Positions 15,640 to 22,527 of a stretch of 22,527 nucleotides of DNA are shown here, piece by piece; the stretch's first letter is position 1, and each line of letters begins with the position of its first letter. The DNA is from an uncultured Methanosarcinales archaeon (GTDB taxonomy: Archaea > Nanobdellota > Nanobdellia > Woesearchaeales > CAYPCY01). Made by a program: the position numbers and the translations under genes. The notes under the pieces were generated by a model. The model had not been told where the DNA came from, searched no databases, and was given only the letters and a program-made list of their open reading frames with translations. The DNA lies in NCBI GenBank assembly GCA_964409385.1, contig CAYPCY010000001.1, forward strand, positions 294,546 to 317,072, given 5' to 3'.

Positions 15640-18600
15640 TTTTTGAATTTTAAGAATAAGAGTAGAACAAACAAGATTACTAAGACTATTGAAACAGCAT
15701 ATACTAAAACTTTCATTAAGTATCTCACACCTTCAATTTGTGGCATGTCCTTATTTAATGAAGATGAAGTTAATACTTCTACTTCTTCAGTTTCTATCCC
15801 TGCAGATATTGCAAAAGTGCTAAAACCCGGACTTATTGCTTCATACTCAATATTTTCTTCTCCTTCCTCAACCAATCCTGTTGGTAATTCATTCCATGTT
15901 TCATTAAACCTTAATAGTCTTACAGATTCTTTAGTGAAATTATTTTCTTCAATCCAAGATTTTTCAACCATGAAATGAATTTCTGCAGTGTCTACATCAG
16001 CATTTTCTGCAGTTATTTCAATATATGAATATACTAAAGTTTCAACTTCTAAAACATCATCTGGTCTTTCTTCCAATTGTGTTGTTGTTACAAAAACAAT
16101 GTCTGAATCACTTTTTGTAATCAGATTTATTTTATTAATTTTGGTAAGTCCTTCACTAAACAAGAATTCTATTGTTTCTCCAGAAACTACACTATTTGAA
16201 TATTCTACTTCTCTAATTTCTTCCTCTTCTTGTTCTTCTTCAGGTTCTTCCTCTTCTTGTTCTTCTTCCTCTTCTACAGGCGGTGTTTCTTCAGTCGTTA
16301 CAACAGGATCTGTTGTTGTTTGAGAAGTATCATCAACTGTTAATTGCCAATAATTAGTTGTTAAGTCGTAAGTGTCATTCAATACTACTGTAATATTATA
16401 AACTCCTGCTGTTGAAAAACTACCTGCAAAAGTATAACTAGAATTTGTTGAGTTCACAGTTCCATTCTGTAACCAGTTAATACTTACATTATCTCCTTCC
16501 AAGTCTGAATATGAAATGCTAAATGTTTTGTTTTCCGGCTCGTCAATAGCAATATTTGTAGAACTTGGAGATTTTGATGTAATACTTACTGGAGAGTTTG
16601 CAATCAAGAATGTTTCATTCTTATTATTTGTTAAATTTCCATCAGATAATTCTACTAAGCAAGTCCAATTTTGAAATCTTTCTGTTTGTGTATGATTAAT
16701 TAATGTTTGATTTTCATAAGTTGAATTTTCTACATTGTTAATTCTCCATTTTATTATTGAATAATTCATTATATCATTATCCGCGTCTGAATAAGTATAA
16801 TTACATGTTATGTTTGTATTATTGTAAATGTTTGAAGGTGTTATTGTTAAGTTCAAATTTGGTCTTCTATTAACATTCTCAACAGTTAAATTCCAATAGT
16901 TTGACACATTAGAGTAAGAATCTGAAACTATTAATGTAATATTGTAACTTCCTGAACTTTCAAAACTTGCATTGAATGTGAAATTTTCACTTGTTGAATT
17001 CAATACTTCATTACTGTACCATTTGTAAGTTATTGTATCATCAGTATCTTCATCTGTTGTTGTTTGGTTAAATTGAAAACTTGAATTTTCATTTATTGTT
17101 ATATTAGTAGTATTTGGTTGGTAACTTGTTAAATTAACTAGTCTATTCGTATTGTTTATTGTTAAATTCCAATAATTAGTTGTTGTTGCTATACCATCAC
17201 TTATTGAAACTGTGATATTGTGATTTCCTGCACTTGTATAATTTCCTGTAATGTTAAATTCAGTATTGTTTACTTCATTACTTTGTAATATTCCATTAAA
17301 ATACCATGACACATTTATTGCATCATTGTCAGAATCGTAAATGGTTATGTTAAAACTTTGATTTTGGGGTTCTATAATATTCACATTTGTCACATTAGGA
17401 TTTGTAATATTGATTTGTGGTATTGAATTAATGATTAAATTTCTATTTTCTAGAATGAATGAATTATTTGCTAGGTCTGTTCCAGTAACATTAAAGTTTA
17501 AGGTAGTATTGGCTGTTAGGTTGTAATACCATTCTGTTCCTTCTTGAGTCATTGAATAATTTAATGAATTCAAGTATAATGTTACAGTTTCTATTATTTC
17601 TGAAGAGTTTATTCTTATTGAAATATTAGTGTTGTTTTCTATTGATGTTAACGGAGTTGGGTTTATGTATGAAACTGTTGGAGTTATATTATCCAGACTT
17701 AATACTGCCTCGTAAATATCAATCCTTGGTTTTGCAATACTAGTTCCTGACTTTGTAAGATTCACTCCTGTATTTTCTAATGCTGTTTCTATTTCATTAG
17801 GTGTTAATGTTTTATTCAATTCTACTAATCCAAACTGTTTCATTATTGCAAAAGCTGCCGCCACATGTGGTGTTGCCATTGAAGTTCCTGAATTACTAGC
17901 CCAGCTAGTGCCTAATACTGGTGACATTATTGAACTTCCTGGAGAAATTAAGTCTAAAATATTAGCATGATTTGAATAACTAGCCACAGAGTCTGAATCA
18001 GTACTTGCACCTACAGAAGTAGCATTTTCTATACATGCAGGCAAGGAAATTTCAGAATTCTTATTTTCATTCCCTGAAGATATAATTACTGAAATGTTTT
18101 TTGAAACTGCAGCTTGAACTTTCTGACTCCATGATGCTGCTGAAGAATCGCAATAGGTTGAATAATGAGATGTTGAACTTCCCAAGCTCATACTAATTAC
18201 TGAAATATTGTATGTTGCACTATTATCAATACAATGCTGCATTCCTTTTTGTATAACTTCTGAATATCCATTCCCATCCTCATCATCTAATACTTTTACA
18301 GAGTATATTTTCGTATTTGGTGCTATTCCTTTATACGTTGTATTTTGAGAAGCTATAATTCCTGAAACATGAGTTCCGTGACTATTGTAATCTTCAACAT
18401 TACTATAATTAGTCATTGCATTATAACCCCCTATTATTGTAGTGCAATTACTCCAATCATACGCGTAAGCTACAGAACCGTTCAAAACTTGAGTAATATT
18501 ATATCCTGTATGGTTCAAGAAAGTATCAGTTTTTAATCTTATCTTTATAGTATCTCCAGAAACATTTGCTGACCAGAAATTCTTGTACTCTCCAAAATAA

Positions 18601-19232
18601 GTGGCTATTAAATTGTCACTGCCGTCATAAATATATACAAAGTCATAATATGGTTCAGTGTATAATTTACTGAAATAAACAGCAACACTAGTGTATCCTG
18701 GCATGGTTATTGTTGTAGTATTGTCATAATTTCCTGTGTATACTCCTCCAGAATCTGTTTCTGAATGTAAACTATAAGACTCATTATTTCCATTTACTGT
18801 TACTGTTCTTACTGAACAATTCCCTAATGCTGGATGTTCATAATTTATTCCAGTATCTAACACACATACTGTTTGAGAATTACCTTCAAGATTATTCCCA
18901 AAATAAGTTAAATTCCAAGTTTTTGTGGCGTTTATAATACTTGCAGAATTATCTAAGAACATTGTTAATATTTCATCCTCTTCTATTGCTTCAACATTTT
19001 TTAAGTTTTGAAAGTTTTCTTTAGAAATTTTTGTGTAGATTGTTTTACCATTTTCTGTTATCATTACTTTTACTTGCTCTTGAGACTCTAATTTAGTTTG
19101 TAAACGTTCTAAAATCAAAGATTTTTGAATCTCAGAATCGTTTTGCGATTCTTTTGTTTCTGAAATTTTAAGAGCATTAACCGTAGATAAAACTAGAGTA
19201 AAAATTAGTAAAACTATTAACACCTTCCTCAT
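15636..19232 (-). CDS. Membrane-anchored subtilisin-like S8 serine protease with CUB insert, Ig/PKD-like repeats, PGF-pre-PGF domain and C-terminal TM
   Basis: Catalytic motifs VCVLDTG (Asp), HGTHVSGII (His), SSGN (oxyanion Asn), SGTSMATPHVA (Ser); CUB-like TEPYYDFVYIYDG; repeated GxYNITxxVSD Ig modules with many N-x-S/T sequons; YEAISPGFSTFAI; terminal TM followed by KFKK. Confidence 0.92.
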   Translation of the reverse strand: MRKVLIVLLIFTLVLSTVNALKISETKESQNDSEIQKSLILERLQTKLESQEQVKVMITENGKTIYTKISKENFQNLKNVEAIEEDEILTMFLDNSASIINATKTWNLTYFGNNLEGNSQTVCVLDTGINYEHPALGNCSVRTVTVNGNNESYSLHSETDSGGVYTGNYDNTTTITMPGYTSVAVYFSKLYTEPYYDFVYIYDGSDNLIATYFGEYKNFWSANVSGDTIKIRLKTDTFLNHTGYNITQVLNGSVAYAYDWSNCTTIIGGYNAMTNYSNVEDYNSHGTHVSGIIASQNTTYKGIAPNTKIYSVKVLDDEDGNGYSEVIQKGMQHCIDNSATYNISVISMSLGSSTSHYSTYCDSSAASWSQKVQAAVSKNISVIISSGNENKNSEISLPACIENATSVGASTDSDSVASYSNHANILDLISPGSSIMSPVLGTSWASNSGTSMATPHVAAAFAIMKQFGLVELNKTLTPNEIETALENTGVNLTKSGTSIAKPRIDIYEAVLSLDNITPTVSYINPTPLTSIENNTNISIRINSSEIIETVTLYLNSLNYSMTQEGTEWYYNLTANTTLNFNVTGTDLANNSFILENRNLIINSIPQINITNPNVTNVNIIEPQNQSFNITIYDSDNDAINVSWYFNGILQSNEVNNTEFNITGNYTSAGNHNITVSISDGIATTTNYWNLTINNTNRLVNLTSYQPNTTNITINENSSFQFNQTTTDEDTDDTITYKWYSNEVLNSTSENFTFNASFESSGSYNITLIVSDSYSNVSNYWNLTVENVNRRPNLNLTITPSNIYNNTNITCNYTYSDADNDIMNYSIIKWRINNVENSTYENQTLINHTQTERFQNWTCLVELSDGNLTNNKNETFLIANSPVSITSKSPSSTNIAIDEPENKTFSISYSDLEGDNVSINWLQNGTVNSTNSSYTFAGSFSTAGVYNITVVLNDTYDLTTNYWQLTVDDTSQTTTDPVVTTEETPPVEEEEEQEEEEPEEEQEEEEIREVEYSNSVVSGETIEFLFSEGLTKINKINLITKSDSDIVFVTTTQLEERPDDVLEVETLVYSYIEITAENADVDTAEIHFMVEKSWIEENNFTKESVRLLRFNETWNELPTGLVEEGEENIEYEAISPGFSTFAISAGIETEEVEVLTSSSLNKDMPQIEGVRYLMKVLVYAVSIVLVILFVLLLFLKFKK
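16218..16268. repeat. 24-bp direct repeat (27-bp period) encoding the Glu-rich linker of the protease
   Basis: TTCTTCCTCTTCTTGTTCTTCTTC at 16218 and 16245; protein EEEEEQEEEEPEEEQEEEE. Confidence 0.7.
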
Positions 19233-19254
19233 TAGTTATAGAACGAAGTTTTTT

Positions 19255-19281
19255 CTATATAAAACTTGTGCAAACAAGTTT
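19255..19281 (-). promoter_or_regulatory. BRE/TATA promoter of the protease/giant-pilin operon with the palindrome AAAACTTG-N6-CAAGTTTT
   Basis: Minus strand CACAAG-TTTTATATAG, TATA box 24 nt upstream of ATG 19232; inverted repeat at 19261-19268 / 19275-19282. Confidence 0.7.
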
Positions 19282-19322
19282 TAAGACAAACAAAGCTTTG
19301 CTTTGTTACGTATATAAAACTT
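19256..19322. repeat. 12-bp direct repeat TATATAAAACTT flanking two hairpins
   Basis: Copies at 19256-19267 and 19311-19322; second hairpin AACAAAGC-TTT-GCTTTGTT at 19289-19307. Confidence 0.7.
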
Positions 19323-22300
19323 ATGAAATTATCTGGCCTGCTTCAACACTCCAATAAGCATTGTTAATATTCCACGCCCAGTAATTGTTGCCTTTGAAAA
19401 AGAATAATGAATTACCATTATTAGCAGTTGCATCAACATCTTCAGGAACGCCAGGGAAGCACCAACTAATACTTTGAGGACTTGCCGAATATAAACTTCC
19501 AGACTCTCCAGAATGCCTGTAACAACTACCATCTTTAATAAACACGAAAGGATAAGCATTATTTCCTTCAGGATCAATATTCAAGACAGAATCAACATTG
19601 TCAGGAATCCCCTCCCATTCAGAACTTATTTGTTTAGGATAACCTGCCACTACTTCTCCATCTATAAACTTGTAATACTGACTTCCTTTAAAGAATAAAA
19701 CATGATCATCTTCAACAACTGTAGCATCAAGATCTGTAGGAATTCCCTGCCATCCTTGAACATTAATGGTTTTTGGATATCCAGAAATGACTTCATTATT
19801 TTCAACAGGGGAGCTGTGAGGCACATTGTTACTAGAAGCAGCTACAAAGTATTGATCTCCTTTAAAGATGTATAAACGACCATTTGTATGTTCCAATGCC
19901 GCATCGAAATCACTAACTCCATCCCAAAAAATAGGAATGTCAGGACCATCCGAACCTCCTTCACAAACATCTGTAGTAGAACTCCATCCATAACTAGGGC
20001 CTACGTCTGAAACACAAGTATTACCTCCAAGACATTGTCCGGGATCACAATCTCCATCGCCAGAATAACAATCGCAATCCCTGCAATAATTCTGATGTCC
20101 TAGATTCCATTGGCACTCATAAGTATCATAAATACAACAAGCATCATCATCACAAGATATTGATCCAGGAGCATAATTCAAAGCAGTAGAATCTGTACAT
20201 CCTTTACAAGATTCATATTCACAAATACTATTATCAATCCAAGGTTCGGCACATTCTACTCCTAATAAAAGACAAGGTTCATCATAATTACAAGCTAGGA
20301 CTTCTTGAACACTACTTCCAACAAATTCATAAGAACTGCCTTGACAACCAGTATATCTTACACAGTCTTGCTTGTCTAAATCAACAGTTGAACAACCGTC
20401 TTCATCAAAACAAATTTTGTTCCAATCAGAATTTAAATCATTAACTGAACAAAGACTTGCTGGAATTTCAGTAAGATAATTATTTCTCACGTCTAAAGAG
20501 TAAAAAACGATTATTCCAGGCAGGGAAACTAGTTCATTATATTTAAGATCTAAAGTTTGTAAACTATTGCTATTTATAATACTAATATATTCTAAATTAT
20601 TACTGTCAATATCCAAAACTTGTAAGTTAGGATTGTTTAATTCAGGAATTCCCTCAATCTCATTCTGGCTTAAATAAACTTTTTTCAAATTCTGTAAGTT
20701 TTCAATATTTGGGAAGTCTGTTAATTCATTACCTTGCAAGTTTAGAACTTCTAAATTTACCAAACTATTAAATGAAGGAGTTTCATCTAATGGCTCTCCA
20801 AGACTATAATAATTAGAATTAATACCTTCCGCATTTAATTCTTTCAAATTACTAAAGCTTGTTATAAAACTTAAATCTTCAATGCCAGTAAATCCTACCT
20901 TCAAAATTTCCAAGTCGAAGTTTGAAACAGCATTATGAAATTCTGTGAATTGAATATTCCACGCCAGATTTAATTCTTTCAAAGGAATAGTATAAAATCC
21001 TGCTGGAAAACTTGTTAATTCATTACTAACTAAATTAAGTTTTTCCAAAGAAGGAAAATTGCCAATATTAAAACCATTAGATAAACTTGTTAATTCATTA
21101 CTTTGCAGGTTTAATTCTTTTAACGTACTTGATAATAATGTTAAACTATAAGAATTTTGCAAAGTGTTTCTTTTAAGGTTTAATACTTCAAGATAATCCA
21201 ATAATAAAACAAAGCCAGGAATTTCTTCATAATTTAAATCAATTAATTCTACTGTTTTTAATTCGTAGAATTTTTCAATCTCATCAGGAATTTCTAAAGT
21301 TCCACTTCCTGAATGATCATATGAAAATCCAATTACAGTATCTTCTTCCCAAGCAAAAGCATTTTCTAACAATGGTTCTTGCTCTACTATCTTATCAATA
21401 ACTGTTTGTGACAAGTTTCTTTTTGAAACAGTCACTGGAATTACATAGTCTTGCCCATTCAAACTATAACTTATTTCTACAGGATACTGATTAATTTCAT
21501 CATATTCATGAGATAATATTATTTCAGAACTGTCAATTTGGCTACCGTCCTTCCAATCCCAATTAAAACTACCGCTTGGAGAAGTTCCTGAAAGTTCAAT
21601 ACTTGCAGTTAACATATCAGTATAGTCTACAGTTGCACTAAGAGATGTTGCATATTCACAACTTCCATCTTCTTGATTCGCACCATGATTATAATTAGTA
21701 GCTGAAGAGTCAGTACAACCAAAAACTTCTAGTTTAAATCCGCAAATCTCTTCAGTAAAGTCTGATTCTAAATCATTATATTTTGATTTTACCTCATAAC
21801 AATATTCTACTGTTAAACTTACATCCTCGTCAGAATATTCCATATCATTTGTTGTGGCGTGAGGATCATCTTGAGAGGATACTCTTTTAATATCATACTC
21901 GTAACCGTCTAAAGCTTCAGGAACTTCCCAGGATAATTCAATACTATCTGTTTGAGAATCTAATTGTATATTTTGGGGCATTTGAACATAATTACAACTT
22001 CCGTCAGCAGTATTAGCATCTAGATCATAATTAATTGCTGTAGGATCCGTACAACCATAACTAAAGTCTTCACAATCCATATTAACATTAGCATTCGAAT
22101 TATAATTAAACATTTCAGGATCTGTACATCCTTGAACTTGATTTTCTGGAGATATTAGTAAATTACATTTTAGTTTTTTAATATAATTTCCTGAAGTTCC
22201 TGTTGATTGCCATAAACTATCCTGACTTGGTTTGTAAGCCCTATAAGCAGTGTATGGACCCGCTTCTAAAATCTCCCCCCCAGTTGCTAATCCTTCAAAA

Positions 22301-22527
22301 CAATTCATGTATGGTTCTCCATCAACTCTTGAATTACAAGCATCCATACAGAACCAATCAGCATGTTGATCATTTCCTCTAATTGCAATTCCTGTATTAT
22401 ATAATTCTTCAACAACTAAAGGAGGCTCAGGATTAAGGAATACTGAAGTGGAAGGATTCATTAATATCATTTCACCATTTACACAATCATTACTAGAATC
22501 AGAATCACAAACACCACACATATCCTC
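19321..22527 (-). CDS. 5'-truncated mosaic extracellular protein: GCTD..A.NY repeats, FN3, PKD-like, leucine-rich repeats, Cys-rich module, four C-terminal hemopexin-like repeats
   Basis: Frame stays open past 22521 (GAG GAT ATG); GCTDPTAINYDLDANTADGSC-type repeats; IELSW...YCYEVKS (FN3); about 12 LxxLxLxxNxL repeats; DAALEHTNGRLYIFKGDQY, DATVVEDDHVLFFKGSQYY, DATANNGNSLFFFKGNNYW (hemopexin). Confidence 0.88.
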   Translation of the reverse strand, partial: EDMCGVCDSDSSNDCVNGEMILMNPSTSVFLNPEPPLVVEELYNTGIAIRGNDQHADWFCMDACNSRVDGEPYMNCFEGLATGGEILEAGPYTAYRAYKPSQDSLWQSTGTSGNYIKKLKCNLLISPENQVQGCTDPEMFNYNSNANVNMDCEDFSYGCTDPTAINYDLDANTADGSCNYVQMPQNIQLDSQTDSIELSWEVPEALDGYEYDIKRVSSQDDPHATTNDMEYSDEDVSLTVEYCYEVKSKYNDLESDFTEEICGFKLEVFGCTDSSATNYNHGANQEDGSCEYATSLSATVDYTDMLTASIELSGTSPSGSFNWDWKDGSQIDSSEIILSHEYDEINQYPVEISYSLNGQDYVIPVTVSKRNLSQTVIDKIVEQEPLLENAFAWEEDTVIGFSYDHSGSGTLEIPDEIEKFYELKTVELIDLNYEEIPGFVLLLDYLEVLNLKRNTLQNSYSLTLLSSTLKELNLQSNELTSLSNGFNIGNFPSLEKLNLVSNELTSFPAGFYTIPLKELNLAWNIQFTEFHNAVSNFDLEILKVGFTGIEDLSFITSFSNLKELNAEGINSNYYSLGEPLDETPSFNSLVNLEVLNLQGNELTDFPNIENLQNLKKVYLSQNEIEGIPELNNPNLQVLDIDSNNLEYISIINSNSLQTLDLKYNELVSLPGIIVFYSLDVRNNYLTEIPASLCSVNDLNSDWNKICFDEDGCSTVDLDKQDCVRYTGCQGSSYEFVGSSVQEVLACNYDEPCLLLGVECAEPWIDNSICEYESCKGCTDSTALNYAPGSISCDDDACCIYDTYECQWNLGHQNYCRDCDCYSGDGDCDPGQCLGGNTCVSDVGPSYGWSSTTDVCEGGSDGPDIPIFWDGVSDFDAALEHTNGRLYIFKGDQYFVAASSNNVPHSSPVENNEVISGYPKTINVQGWQGIPTDLDATVVEDDHVLFFKGSQYYKFIDGEVVAGYPKQISSEWEGIPDNVDSVLNIDPEGNNAYPFVFIKDGSCYRHSGESGSLYSASPQSISWCFPGVPEDVDATANNGNSLFFFKGNNYWAWNINNAYWSVEAGQIIS

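Noticed and set aside
1170..19698. Short plus-strand ORFs in the track (1170, 2213, 2362, 2706, 6047, 6656-8701, 9807-11372, 12744, 13356, 15443-16323, 19513) and the alternate-frame 19329..19577 ORF
   Set aside because: They are shadows of long, well-supported minus-strand genes and have low-complexity Leu/Phe/Ser composition.
1..22527. Diversity-generating retroelement, integrase or transposase explaining the adhesin variability
   Set aside because: No reverse transcriptase, recombinase or transposase motifs were seen, and I found no template/variable repeat pair differing at adenines.

Overview
AT-rich archaeal DNA, most likely from a DPANN lineage such as Woesearchaeota (inferred from BRE/TATA promoters about 24 nt upstream of leaderless ATGs, archaeal-type class III signal peptides and a PGF-pre-PGF domain). 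Nearly all real genes are on the minus strand and form a cell-surface/adhesion locus. It holds about 12 proteins with class III (type IV pilin-like) signal peptides, from 38 to 1002 aa, including two micro-ORFs missed by the ORF track. It also holds two ~900-aa Cys-rich/Ig-like surface proteins, a membrane-anchored S8 protease with a CUB insert and a PGF-pre-PGF domain, and a 5'-truncated mosaic FN3/PKD/LRR/hemopexin protein. No pilus ATPase, platform protein or prepilin peptidase is in the window. Two toxin-antitoxin modules lie on the plus strand between operons: an intact RelE-type pair and an unannotated, decayed vapBC pseudogene. Unexplained non-coding structure includes a 57-bp tandem repeat that multiplies a prepilin cleavage motif and keeps a covarying hairpin, a palindrome shared by two promoters, a duplicated TATA box flanking two hairpins, and a ~20-bp-periodic TTGAAGAA array.
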